From: Octopus bimaculoides
Taxonomy: Eukaryota
Length of the DNA: 64,000 bases
Direction: 5' to 3'
NCBI RefSeq assembly: GCF_001194135.2
Contig: NC_068993.1
Span: forward strand, 9,520,181 to 9,584,180
Positions within the stretch are counted from its first letter, which is position 1. Every line of letters begins with the position of its first letter. Shown piece after piece: positions 1 through 13,000 of this stretch. The notes under the pieces are model-generated. The model made no database searches. It worked only from the letters and a program-made list of their open reading frames with translations, and was not told the DNA's origin. A program made the translations under genes and the position numbers.

Positions 1-707
1 ATAACATAAAAAAGGAAAGTATATAATACAAACCCACACTGTTAGGTCATACATCTGTACTTGAAATACAGTTTTGCAAGAGGTTTACTCATTGTAAGAT
101 GGGTAACTTTGGAATACATCATCATCATCTCCAAGGTTAACTTTGCTCTCATCCATTTGGAGTTGATTAAAACAAAGTATCAGTCAACTACTTGGGTCGA
201 TTTAATCAACTTTCCCCCTCCCCTTAGAATTGCTCGCCTTGTGTGAAAATTAAAATTATAGAGATACTGTATAAATAAAATGTAAAATCTCAAGTCTATT
301 CAGAAGACATGAGCTGGTAGAAATAGCAGTCAAATCTCCACTGGATCACACCCTCCTGTCTTAAAAAAGAAAGGAAGAAACCGAATAATGCCGTTGTTAA
401 TCCATAGTAATAAAAAAACCAAAAAAAAAACCCAGGAATATGCTATTTGAGGCATTACTTCACAGTTGGATGCCTTTACTTTCAGTTACTGTCACCCATT
501 TCTAAGCAAGGTAATATTTCCCTACAGCCCAATATGTTTTTGATAAAATTGAGTACTAGGGTCAATGCAATCGACCAACTCCCTCACCCCAAATGTCAGG
601 CCTTGCCCCTGTAGTAGAAATGATTATTATTATCATTATTAAGGTATCATTAACATTGGAATGGTTTCCGGTAAAAATATTTTATTTCGTTGGTAAATGT
701 TACTAAC

Positions 708-793
708 TTGTGAGAATTGACTTCAACAGTAGCCACTCGACCATCATCGGTGCCATAAGCAAGGAGACCTTCATATGTGGGGTGCCATCGGAC
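708..793 (-). CDS. GEMIN5: GEMIN5 exon 8 ([28 protein letters not shown])
   Basis: tttcaag acceptor, gttagt donor, phase 0-2; no further exon found in 1-707. Confidence 0.9.
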
Positions 794-3700
794 CTTGAAA
801 TAAAAGACAAGATAGATTAGAAACAAGAGAGATTAAAGGCGGGAAGTAGATTACTTTCAATATCTACTGGTTATTGAGAGGGGATGGAAGAGGGAGAAAG
901 AGAGAAAGAAAGGAGAGGGAGAAAGGGGGAGAAAGAAAGAGGAGAGAAAGGAAAAAGAAAGAAAAAGAGGAAGAAAGAGAGGGAGTTGAAAAGAGAGAGA
1001 GAAAAGAACATACCACAGTCACTTTGGATTTAATTTTCTGCCAAATTTGTACAAGAAATCGATTAGAATCTTTGGTACGGTTCCAAATTCTGATGGTGTT
1101 ATCACCAATGCCAAGTGCAATTCGTCCTGAAAGAAATGAGAAAATCATATTTATTTTTTTAATCTTCCTCTTCCCTGTTGGTGGTATTTTGTAATTTCCA
1201 TACAGTAAAACTCCATGTAAACCATGCAACTTTTATTCCCCAAAATCAAGATTAAAATTAGGGGTGGATATAATACATAAAAATAATAACACCAACCACT
1301 GTATAAGGTGTACTGGATGCTTTTTACGTGGCACTGACAGAGGTGCTTTTATGTGGCACCACTTTGGGTGCCTTTTTATGTTGAAGAAAAGTAGGGTGAT
1401 AAAGAGGGAGCGATTCATGTAAAAACAAAATAATGGGTTCATTAGGTTAAGTCTTATTGGTGAAATACAGTTGCTTTGAATTTGCTTCAGAAAGGGGTCT
1501 ACGTTTGTGATGGTTAGTCGGGGGTGGGGGCACTAGGAATGTGGCTTGGGTGTCAAGGGGTGAGGGCAGCCCGAAAAAGTTTGGGAACCACTGCTTCAGA
1601 TTTGTGAAATTTCAGTAACAATTACATATCAGAAAAAAAAAACCCCTAAAAAGACTCTGAAAAACACTTACCAGGGTCCAAGGGAACAGCATGCACATCA
1701 TACACAAACCCTCCAAATGTAGATACAATGTGAATGCTTTTACATTTGTCAACATCCCAAAAAATCATCTGAAAGAAAGAAAAAGAATGTTCATTAAAAG
1801 TGAAAGACCAGAATTATGAAGTCCGAGAAATTATTTCAAAATATGGTCACTTCCATACTCACATCAAAAACACAAACAAGTATTTTAACTTTCATCCAAT
1901 TCACAGTATCAGTTCTTGGCCATTTATTTCATGAATGAATCCTAGAATATAACTGGTATTCATCTTTTATTTGTTTCAGTCGTCAGAATGTGGCCATGCT
2001 AGGGCACCACCTTGAAGAACTTTTAATTGAACGAATTGACCCCAGTCCTTATTATTTTTTGTAAAGCCTGATACTTATTCTATTGGACTCCTTTGCCGAA
2101 CTGCTAAGTTGTGGGGACATAAATACACTAACACCGGTTGTCAAGCAGTGGTGGATGACAAATACACACACACACACACATATATATGGGATTCTTTCAG
2201 TTTCTGTTTACCAAATCCATTCACAAGGCTTTGGTCAACCCAAGGCTATAATAGAAGACACTTGTTTAAGGTGCCATACAGTGGGACTGAACCTGGAACC
2301 ATGTGGTTGGGAAGCAAGTTTCTTACCAGATAGCCACACCACTGCCTATTTATCTTGATAATCCAACAAAAACAATAACTGTTTCTAAATTTAGACACAA
2401 GCCTGTTGTAACGAGAGTACGACACCCTCTGACGAGAATAGATGGGACCACTACATTTAAATAGTAGTGGCCTGACATAATCGGAAGTCCATATTTTGTT
2501 ACTACTGTAGTTTATCATCATCATCATCGTTTAACATCCGCTTTCCATGCTGGCATAGGTTGGATGGTTTGACTGAGGACTGGCAAGTCAGATAGCTGCA
2601 CCAGGCTCCAATATAATCTGGCATAGTTTCTACAGCTGAATGCCCTTCCTAATGCCAACCAATCTGAGAGTGAAGTGGGTGTTTTTTATGTGCCACCGGC
2701 ACGAGGGCCAGTCAGGCGACTCTTTATGTATCATCCACTCTATTAACCACACTACAATAATGGAGGCATAAGGATATAACAAAGGCCAACAATGTTTTAT
2801 CAATTCTCCTCTATTTCAATACACAAATTTATAGATTTCATCACATTGGTCTATTATGTTAACCATTATGATACTAACCTAACTGAGACATAAGTATAAA
2901 AAAATATAATTTATGTTAAAAAGAGTAATGTCCTATGGTTGAAGGTATATTCGTTAAGTGTAGGAACTGGAGTAGTTTGAAACCCGTTGTGGGAAGCAAG
3001 TGAAGTTTACTCTGACAAATATTATACAAAAATGAGATTTGGTATATTTGTAAAAATTAACACTTCCTTCTCCAAGCTTAGAATAATATTGTAGAAAGAT
3101 AGTGTATAATAATGAAGATGGACTCACATTTCTGTCTTGTGAATTGGTCAGCAAAATGTTGTGGTCAAGTCCAAGTGAAGCAATATTGAAAACAATACGA
3201 TTATGAGAGCAGTTTGATGCGGCACTGAAAATAACAAACTTCTTTTTCCCAGGATAACTAAGATCCCACTTGAGCATTACGCCTCTGGAACGAAAAATAT
3301 AAAAATATAGTGATTAATGGATATGAACATTGTACTTTGGGAGGATCATTAGGCCAATAATAAAAAAAACACACTGATTCTATTTCACTTCTTTTATTAT
3401 TATTAGTCAACTCATTAATACTTAACCAATTAACTAACTGACTGTTTGATAAATCATCCGAGAAGCAATTAAAATATGTTTCAACACACAACTTCACATT
3501 AATAATCTTGCAAACCAAACACAAAAATGGATATGAATGTAATTGGACAGAAATGAGCTGAGCAGATGGGTTAGCTGGATATGCAATGATTGAGCAAAAC
3601 TGAGTTGAGGAAGGCTCTTTAATATCAAAGGGTATTGTTGATATGAACTGACTGGTAGACTTTATTTTGGTGGGGTTTTTTATGTAAAGAGGGGCAGGCT

Positions 3701-4780
3701 TTGAATAGCCTGAGGCTATAGAAGACACCTGTCAAAGGTGCCACACAGTGGGAATGAACCTGGAACCATGGCTGGGAAGCAAACTTTTTACCAAACAGTC
3801 ACACAAGACAAGGACACACACAGTGTGGGTGTATACACATATATACAACAAACTTTCTCAGGTTTCAGCCATCATATCTACCCACAAAGCCTCAACCAGC
3901 CCAGAACTACAGTAGAAGGTACCTGCCCAAGGTGTCACTGAGTGGGACTGAACCCAAAACCATGCAACTGGGAAGCAAACTTCTTAACCACTCAGCCATT
4001 AAAATTTACAGCAAGATCTTTTGTCTATTGCTCTACAAGGGACAGGAATAGATGATTAGGATTAATTAAAATGTAGTGCTGGTGCCACACCCATACCAGG
4101 GTCATGAAATGGCACCCGGTGCACTCTGCAAAATGATTGGCATTAGGAAGGATACCCAGCCATACAAACCATGCCAAAACACAAGACTAGAGCCTGGTGC
4201 AGTCTTCTGGCTAGCCAGCTCTTGCCCAGACAACCAAACGGATGTTAAATGATGATGATGATGCAACAGTAAGAAAGTCAAAATCCTACTCACGAATATA
4301 CAGAGGAGACTAAATTGTGAGGATGCTTTCGTGGCCAGTGTAGAGCTACCCACAGCCGCACAGTTTCTGAAGACTTTTCTCGTTTCGTACCAACATTATT
4401 TGGTAGGGACATTGAAGTTAAACAATAGTCTTTCTTAGTACTCCAAATACAGATTTTCTGGTCTTTACTGCCAGAAGCAAATAAGTAGCCAGTCTCTGTG
4501 GTTGGGCAACTCTCAGTATCTGAAAAAGAAAAAAAAAAACAANNNNNNNNNNNNNNNNNNNNNNNNNNNNNNNNNNNNNNCACATGTGAATCGTTGGCGA
4601 TTTTCTTCCTCCATCTTCCCTTCTATTGGACTTTCTTCTGTTTCTGAAGAAGAGCGTCTGCTCGAAACGTTAAGCCATCTTTCTTTCCTTCCCTGAACGT
4701 CTGCTAATACTTTACATGTGCCACATCCTTGCATTGTTGTTTTTTTGTGTTTGTAGTTCCTTTGGAGATTTACTATATAC

Positions 4781-4828
<48 letters not shown>

Positions 4829-7503
4829 GCACACACACACTCATGCTAGGGCTGGATTAAGACCCATAGAGGCCCCAAGCACTCAAAAGATTTTAGTGCT
4901 TCCATATATATATGATTCAAAATGTAAACAATAATAAACCAGAAAATTAATTTTTATTCTTAAAAACTAACAGAAAAATGGGAAATAATGTTTATTTTTT
5001 TATGCTTCTACTTTCTATTCTTTTACTTGTTTTAGTCATTTGACTGTGGTCATGCTGGAGTACCATCTTTAGTCAAACAAATCAACTAGGCCACACGCCT
5101 TCACTCTATGATCAACCAAACCAAACCAAAAATCCTACAATGAGAATAAGTAAAAAGAAATAAAATCTCACTTGTGTCTGTTTCCGCTTCGTTGGGTTTC
5201 TGAGCACAAAACTGTTCCCCAGGCTGGGGACACCACACCAAAGATGTTATATCATCATGATGGCCTGGAAATTTCTTTACAACTGTTAACGACGTGGTAG
5301 ATACATTCATTAAAATAATGTTTCCAGATTTATAGCTGAAAATAACAGAAATACATAAATATTTTATGATGTTTTACTAAATCAACACAAGACATTATAT
5401 TATATTTATTATCATTATTTTTGCTTCGATTATTTTTCTCCTCTTCTGGCATGAGCTAGATAATTCCTAAAGCAATGTTCCACAGTTGGATGTTCTCCCT
5501 AGTACCGACTCTTAGTTGTTTTACAAGGTGTTATTCCACATCTCTGAACATTGTAGTGTTGCCGGATGTTTTGTTTGTGGGTTTACTGACATGGTATCAA
5601 TGTGAAGACACATGATTATAAAGACACACATGATGACTGTCAATTTGTTAAACTTTTACTGTCAGATTCTCTTGTTTCTGGGGGCTTTTTTTCAGTGATC
5701 ATAGGACATACCATCTCTCATAAAGCCAGCAGTGACTTGCACTTCTTGTTGCAGATGTGGCATTCATATTTATATTGCAGTGGAATATTCACCCTGTACA
5801 GCACCTCCATTGCATACATGTTGTACCTTATGAGTTCAGATCAACTGGAATTTTTTTACCACAGAGATTGCGTATCAGCTGAGCTGCTAGGAATTGGTTG
5901 TCTTCAACCTGAGGCCTTGCAGTGTATGCAACTTGTGAGGCAAACTCATTTGCAATCATCATACTCAAAACAATATATATACATATATATAATACCTTGC
6001 TGGAAACAGGTGAAGGTTGGCATCCAGCCATAGAAAAATCTGCCTCATGCAAGCGTGTAAAAATGGATGTTAAATAAGATGAGGATATATACAAAGAAGA
6101 TGGAAAGGAAAGAGCTGGAACACCCATAGGAATAGATCTGCTCAGTCATGGCTGAGGCTAAACAACAATCAATCTTTCCTCTTTGCTGAGTTGAAATCCT
6201 TCTACGGCTCACTCCACTGATAGACTGGATATGAAAATCCTCACTTGTACGATGGTGACGCTTATTTATGGCCATCATGAGATGTCTAGACAAAGATATA
6301 CACATACAGCTGCGTGGTAAGAAGTTTGCTTCCCAATCACATGGTTCTGGGTTCAATCCCACTGAGTGGCACTTTGGGCATGTGTATTCTACTATAGCCT
6401 CAGGCTGGCCATAGTCTTGTAAGAGGATTTGGTAGACAGAAAGTGAAAGAAGCTTATTGCATGTGTGTGTGATTGTGTCTGTCCCCTACCACTGCTTGAC
6501 AACTGGTGTTGGTGTGTTTACATCCTCATAACTTAGCGATTTAGCAAGAGAACAATAGAATAAGTGGTAGGCTTAAAAATAAAAGTAAATGCTGGAATTG
6601 ATTCATTCGATTAAAATTTTTCAAAGTGGTGCCCCAGCATGGGCACAGTCTAATGACCAAAACAAGTAAGAGATAAAAGATCTATATAACCCACACCAGT
6701 ATGTAACATGGATATCTGATCAAATCCACTCACAAGGGCAAGTGTCTTCTTTAGTAGAAGACACTTGCCCAAGGTGCCATGCGGTAGGACTGAACCTGAA
6801 GCCACATGGTTGGGAAGCTTCTTAACCTATAGATCAAAATAAAATTTCTAAAAATGAGAAACAAAAAGGAAAGTTCACTCACCCAACAGCCAATAGATCC
6901 AAATTGTGAGGAGAAAAAGTCATACAAGAGACTTGACATTTCTCAGGATGATGTAACTTTAAAGAACAGTTTGTATCAAATTTAAATAAAGCAATAAAGC
7001 CCCTTTCATCACCAGTGATGACAAAATCGGGTTCAGACAGCGACCATGCTGTAGCAGTGACTTTTGACTGAAAGTAGAAATAGACAAATTTATAAATGGA
7101 TTGCCATGCATGAGTTTTCAGTTGTTTGATCAAATGGGTAAACAAATTCATTGAATTAGCATGTAAGTGGCTGAGTATTCCACAGACATGGATACCCTTA
7201 ATGCAATTCTCAGGTGGAATTAGTATGAGACAGTATGACAAAGCCAGGCCTTTTAATTTCAGGTATACTCTGATGGATTTCTTAATAGGAGCAGGGGTGG
7301 CTGTGCAGGTGAGAAAACTGCATTGCAACTACGTGATCTCGGGATCAATTCTGCTGTGCAGAACCTTGGGCAAGTGTCTTCTACTGCAGCCCCAAACTGA
7401 CTAATGCCTTGTCAGTGAATTTGGTAGACAGAAACTATGGAAAACTTTACCATGTATATATGAACATACACACAAGCATATATATATATACACACACACA
7501 TGC

Positions 7504-7540
<37 letters not shown>

Positions 7541-8845
7541 TGTGCATGCATATATATATATTCTTTTCTTTTACTTGTTTCAGTCATTTGACTGCAGCCA
7601 TGCTGCAGCACCACCATTAGCCAAACAAATCGGCCCCAGGACTTATTCTTTGTAAGCCTAGTACTTATTCTATCAGTCTCTTTTGCCGAACTGCTAAGTT
7701 ACAGGGATGTAAACATACTAGCATCGGTTGTCAAGCGATGGAATTTCTAGCCGAAAGTTGTACTAACAGTTCCATCAATTGCATAAATCAAATAGAATGC
7801 CTATAATGTTTTGAGATTAATTTAAGAAACATCGTTTTTATTATTTATGTTAAGCGTCTAGTATTGATTTATTTAAATGATCAATTGTCTTTATTACATG
7901 AGTCATGCGGGTTCAAATAAAGATCGAAATAACAGGACAACCACATGGGTTATGCGTTTTACGAAGCTGGCACCAAATTTGCGAAACGTCCTCTAGAGTA
8001 TGGTGAAATTAAGTTAAAAAATATTGTAGTGGCGAAAAGAATTTTCGGTATAACTTTCCAAGTTGTTTTTGTCATAGTCAGAACTTCACACATGAGTTAT
8101 ATTAAAAAGAATGTTGTGGAGGTAAAGCATACGTACTCCACCCGTTTTCGGCGTAACAAAAACCCTAACCCTAAACACCGGGTGTATGTATTATTTACTT
8201 TCGCCAGAATGTTTGCGTTATTTTGAGAAGAATAAACTATGGGAACATACTGATGAACTAACGCAAACAGTCCGTGCATCTCTTTTAATAAACACCTTGT
8301 TTATTCATGAAAACATGCTAGAGTTCTGGTTTGGCTGTGACAAGAAAAACTAGAAAGAACACGGAAGATGTAATGCTGTTAAAATACATTTTAATCATAA
8401 TTTTTAATTGCTAGAATAATAAAATACATACTTTATGCTTATCATGATATTGTATTTCTTTCTGACTGAATACGTCCCACAGGTGGACGGTTCCGTCATC
8501 ACAGCATGCAACAGCGAGGACCAAATCGTCGTCTTTGGCTATTCTGTGCCGCGGTCCTAAAGCTGTAACGTGCACTTTTTCGGCATGAGACAGAGAAGCG
8601 AGTAAATTGTAACTTATTAATTCATTACTCGTCGACGTAACGTCCGAATCCACCGCCAATTCTGCCGCTGTGGTCAGTTTATTTACTTTAAAAACGTTGA
8701 GGAAGTTGCGAGAGGCACACACAAACACACCAATTTCATTCCCGTCGCAACCATAAGACGTATACCAAGTTGGAGAAGGTGGTAAAAGACTTTCAAGCAC
8801 TTTGCACGGCTGGTCAGCATACACTGCGTCTTTTCCATCAGCCAT
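708..8845 (-). CDS. GEMIN5: Gem-associated protein 5 (WD40 N-terminal part), 8 exons; gene continues off the left edge
   Basis: Join of 8432-8845, 6883-7067, 5172-5335, 4294-4519, 3128-3284, 1672-1768, 1014-1126, 708-793. All introns are GT-AG and all phases are consistent. Translation has Gemin5-typical motifs: [118 protein letters not shown]. Confidence 0.95.
1014..1126 (-). CDS. GEMIN5: GEMIN5 exon 7 ([15 protein letters not shown]...KSKVTV)
   Basis: ctttcag acceptor, gtatgt donor, phase 1-0. Confidence 0.92.
1672..1768 (-). CDS. GEMIN5: GEMIN5 exon 6 (MIFWDVDKCKSIHIVSTFGGFVYDVHAVPLDP)
   Basis: ctttcag acceptor, gtaagt donor, phase 0-1; absent from the ORF track. Confidence 0.9.
3128..3284 (-). 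CDS. GEMIN5: GEMIN5 exon 5 (GVMLKWDL...HNRIVFN...SQDRN)
   Basis: ttccag acceptor, gtgagt donor, phase 2-0. Confidence 0.92.
4294..4519 (-). CDS. GEMIN5: GEMIN5 exon 4 (...[15 protein letters not shown]...LWVALHWP...)
   Basis: poly-T-cag acceptor, gtgagt donor, phase 1-2. Confidence 0.92.
4640..4675 (+). ncRNA. Minimal type I hammerhead ribozyme motif (Penelope-type)
   Basis: GUUU-CUGAAGA-A-GAGC(GUCU)GCUC-GAAAC-GUU-AAGC. Confidence 0.6.
5172..5335 (-). CDS. GEMIN5: GEMIN5 exon 3 (YKSGNIIL...[17 protein letters not shown]...)
   Basis: ttttcag acceptor, gtgaga donor, phase 2-1. Confidence 0.92.
5430..5950 (-). mobile_element. Decayed LINE 3' end (RTE-like) in GEMIN5 intron 2
   Basis: YECHICNKKCKSLLAL resembles the RTE C-terminal zinc finger; (AAT)-rich tail; many stops. 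Confidence 0.35.
6883..7067 (-). CDS. GEMIN5: GEMIN5 exon 2 (SKVTATAW...DLLAVG)
   Basis: ctttcag acceptor, gtgagt donor, phase 0-2, WD40 repeat. Confidence 0.93.
8432..8845 (-). CDS. GEMIN5: GEMIN5 exon 1 (MADGK...HDKHK)
   Basis: ATG at 8843-8845; 138 codons; donor gtatgt; LLPPSPTWY motif. Confidence 0.93.
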
Positions 8846-9083
8846 AGTATTCTTTTAAAACCTCACTGGAACGGTAACTAGATATCAACAAGTTCTTTTT
8901 AGTCACCCTACTTGTGCGTAGTTTCACTTCTGTCACGCCGTAAATACGAAATAGCGCGCGCATATCACGTGTCTAGGCGGTATCAACGACAAAACGTCCC
9001 TCCTGAATGTCGTGTCTCGTCCAACTTCGGAAGTCTGACAAGAGATACTAAAACAAAACAAAACGGAATTAATAATAAAAAAG
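8846..9083. promoter_or_regulatory. Probable bidirectional promoter and both 5' UTRs between GEMIN5 and the Ly6-like gene
   Basis: 238 bp between two divergent ATGs; repeat-free, CpG-enriched (GCGCGCGC); E-box CACGTG at 8966-8971. Confidence 0.7.
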
Positions 9084-9141
9084 ATGGGCTTTTATACTTT
9101 CCTTGGCCCTCTGTTCTTATTAATAGTTCTCGTAAATAAAT
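9084..9141 (+). CDS. Ly6-like exon 1 (signal peptide)
   Basis: AAG ATG G start context, hydrophobic FLGPLFLLIVLV, donor gtaagt, phase 1. Confidence 0.85.
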
Positions 9142-10036
9142 GTAAGTACGATCTGTTAATTATTATAATTTGTGTGCTGGTGGGAGGTTCTCTGTTTGGT
9201 GTACGTAAACAGAAATGATACCTTAATTTTCAAATTAATCATTTGACCCGATTGACAACTAACATTAATTAAAACCAAGATAATTATCATTTTATGGTGT
9301 ATATATATATATATATATGAACATGAAACAGCACACCTTAGTATTTTTGTAAACACTCTGGCGATTCCATTTAATCTTCTAAATCTTAATGAGTCATTGA
9401 GGGATCCTGTGATTTCTATGACTAATTAAACAATGAAACACCAAACTCAAGGATTTATTTTAGACATTCTAATATGTTGTTTATATATGATCCCTTGTGT
9501 TTTATACTGGAGATCTTTGTTTACGTACATATTTGACAACTTTTGTCCTCCTTTTTTAAATATTAAAAAAAAAAAATCTACACCTATTGCTACCTGCAAT
9601 TGGCATTTCCGTTTCTCTTGTTTTGATTACCTGAATATGACAATGTGTAATGACCACACTTTTGTTGGGGTGGGGTGTTAGCGATGTGGTACGTATTACT
9701 TTTCCAGCATACTCTTTGACTTAATGGGGGTATTTAACTTGTTACTCTGTGATTCACCTGTAACTGTTTGCAGATAACGAGAAACTACCGTTTGATCCTC
9801 TATCTGACCGCTGACCAGGTAGAAATAGCTGCCAAATCTTAAGTAAAAAATACATTCCGTACCAATTCCCAAAAATACGGGATGGTCATGGTGGGGATGT
9901 CTTTGATCAAAAGACTGGACGTTCGAGACACACCTGGGGTAAACAATTACAAGTTATTTATTATTATAATTAAAATATGTGGGTGTTGTTTCGTTTGATA
10001 CTGTCCTAATTGTTGACTAAATAGTCGTAGAATTAG

Positions 10037-10071
<35 letters not shown>

Positions 10072-13000
10072 GAAATTATTGTGTATGGTGCTCAGGTGCA
10101 CTACAGCTCATCAAAGGTGCGTGTACAGTAAATAGAATTATGTACAAAAGTCAGGTAAGTGAACAGTGTATGAGACATGATATACGTGTGCATGCGTATG
10201 GAGGTGGGGGGTATTTCGGGAAATTATAGTAGGGTTTCACACTTAATAAAGTTTACGCCCTTAGTTCAAATTCAGGATTATAGTCATTGCATTTTACTTG
10301 CTACTTATTAGAATGGACATTTATCAAACAAGGCAGAACCTGTTTTGAAGCAAATTGTGGTGTATGTAAACTGCAGTTTCTGTATTGAACATGGCGGGGT
10401 TAATCTCTAGTTTAACACCCGATCACAAAAACGAGAAAAAAAAATAGGTAATAAGTGTGAAACAATGTGTAGTGAACGAATATGAAAAAGAAAAAAAAAG
10501 GTTAAAATGCGCGCTGACGAACGGTGGAGTGGGGGAGCGGACTCGGAAAATACTCGATGTGAATTTTCCGAGTCCTCTCCCCATCCCACCCCGTTCGTCG
10601 GCGTAATTTTTTTATTTTTTTATATTCGTTTACTACACATTATTTTACACCTATTTCACTATTTTCTTTCATTTTTGTGCCCGGGTAGGGGTGGAGCGTG
10701 ATAAGCAGCGTAGGAGTGGCTGTGGTAAGCAGCTTGCTTACGAACCACATGGTTCCGGGTTCAGTCCCACTGCGTGGCACCTTGGGCAAGTGTCTTCTAC
10801 TATAGCCTCGGGCCGACCAGGTTATAGGATGATAGACAAAGTTGGCCTTGTAAGAATTTGAACAGAGGACTTGAAGGGTCATAACTAAATACATTCTTTG
10901 CTCGCGTTCACCCAGGAGGTAGTTTCGCCTTTCAATCTTCCAGAATTGATAAAATAAGGTACTAGTAGGGAAGTCCTCGTACCCTTATAATCAACTCCTC
11001 CACCCACCTTAGTTGTATCTCTTTTAGACATCAAGGTTATCGGGTTTTTATTTGTATTTGTATAAATCGTTTGTATGTTTCTTTACAACAGTTTGATGAG
11101 GTCAATTCAGTGTAGAGACACTGCAGCCCAATTAATACAAAAGACGATTACAAATCAAGCTTATTTACGTTCTGTTAGCTAGTAAAGTACTGCTGTTTAG
11201 ATCTAGTTTTCAAAATCTAGTCACGTAATCCTCTTTTTCATGCTAAGTAGGATAAATGTAAATGCTTATTTCAAATATTGGCATGAGGCCAGTAATTTCA
11301 GAGGAGGAGATAAGTCGATTACATCAACCCCAGTGATCTACTGGTACTTATTTTATTGACCCCAAAAGGATGAAAAGCAAAGTTAATAGCTCCAGAATTT
11401 GAACTCAGAATGTAAAGTTGGACGAAATGCTGCTAAGCATTTTTCCTGTCATGTTAATAATTATGCCAGCTCACTAACTTATGGTTACAAATTTTGGCAC
11501 AAGGCCAGTAGTTTTGGAGCAGGGAGTTCCCAGTGTTCAACTGGTCCTTATTTATCAACCCTGAAAAGATGAAAGGCAAAGCTGACCGTGACAGAATTTG
11601 AACTCAGAACGTAAAGATGGATGAAATACTGCTAAGCACTTTGCCCATCGTGCTAATGATTCTACCAGTTGACGAGCTTGGGATAGATGTAAATATGATA
11701 AAAATTGTTTTTTTTGCTGGCACAAGATCTGAAATACTTTTATTTTGGAATGGCAGCACTGAATTAACCATTAAGCAAAAATAAGTACATGTTTAGGGTA
11801 TCAAGGGAAGCAGGGCACCACAGAAATGGTGTATGGTCTACAGTACAAAAGAAATCACTTTCAGTTTGCTAAAATAATACTCTAAGTGGTTTATATGATC
11901 TGAAATATTATTTCGAAGTCTTCATGGTATCATAGTGAGGATCTGATCAAAGATTTTGTAGTTAAATAAAGTAGGAGAAAACTTTTCAAATATAAATAAA
12001 GTGGAAGTATACAAAAATAAACATTATTTCCCATCTCATGATTAGTTCTGTTTCATTTTGAAAAATAGAAATATATTGTATGGTTTATTATTGATTATCT
12101 TTTGAATTACATATATATGGGAACAGCAAACTCTTTTCAGTGCTTAGAAACTCTATGGGTCTTAATCTGGCCTTGCAGAATAGGGACACTGTGTTTAATT
12201 TTTCTTTTGTGCAAGCTGTCGAGTTTATCCTGAACATGCTGTGCAATGTTGACAGAAACAAATATATTCTAGAATACACTATAACATCTTTCTTCTATTT
12301 TGCAGCAAGCGCCATCAAGTGTTATTCCTGTTCTTCATTCGACGACCTAAATTGTGGAGATGCATTTGACTTCAAGTATGTGAAGGCTTATGCTTGCGCA
12401 GGATCTTGTAAAAAGACAAGAGGATTAACCAAAAGTAATTATGCAAAAATCATTTATCTAAAAACTCTCCTTTCATTTCTGTTTCTTAACCCTTTTGCAT
12501 TCAGATAACTCAACTGTAATACTTATCCATTCACATTTTGAATTGTGCACTTTATCAAAGATAAGAGATTTCAGTGATGTGAAGGTTTATTTTTACAATG
12601 ACATCATAGGGTAGGTCAGATAAAGCCGATTTGAATATAAAACAAGTAGAATATTTGAGCCAGATATGGCTGTTTTAAATGCTAAAAAGTTAATCTTACC
12701 AAATTAATAATGAATAAAAAGAAAATTCTAAATCAGTTACCTTCTAAAAACATAACTTTAATTAACTAACTCACAATCTGTATAATTTTTTTTAAGTGGG
12801 GTCTTTTGTATATTTTAAACACCTGAGACTGCCCCTGGTTCAATCAAATTTTCTATTTTAAAATGATCTACATTAAAATCTTCCATCAGTATTTCATATT
12901 AATTTATGTTCCCTAAACCTGCTTAAAACAAGAACCTATTTTACTAAATTTTTTATCATTTTCAAAACTAATTTAAACAAAAGCAGAGTATTTCAGCACA

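Noticed and set aside
874-1194. Lys/Glu/Arg-rich plus-strand ORF
   Set aside because: GA-rich intronic tract plus the antisense of GEMIN5 exon 7.
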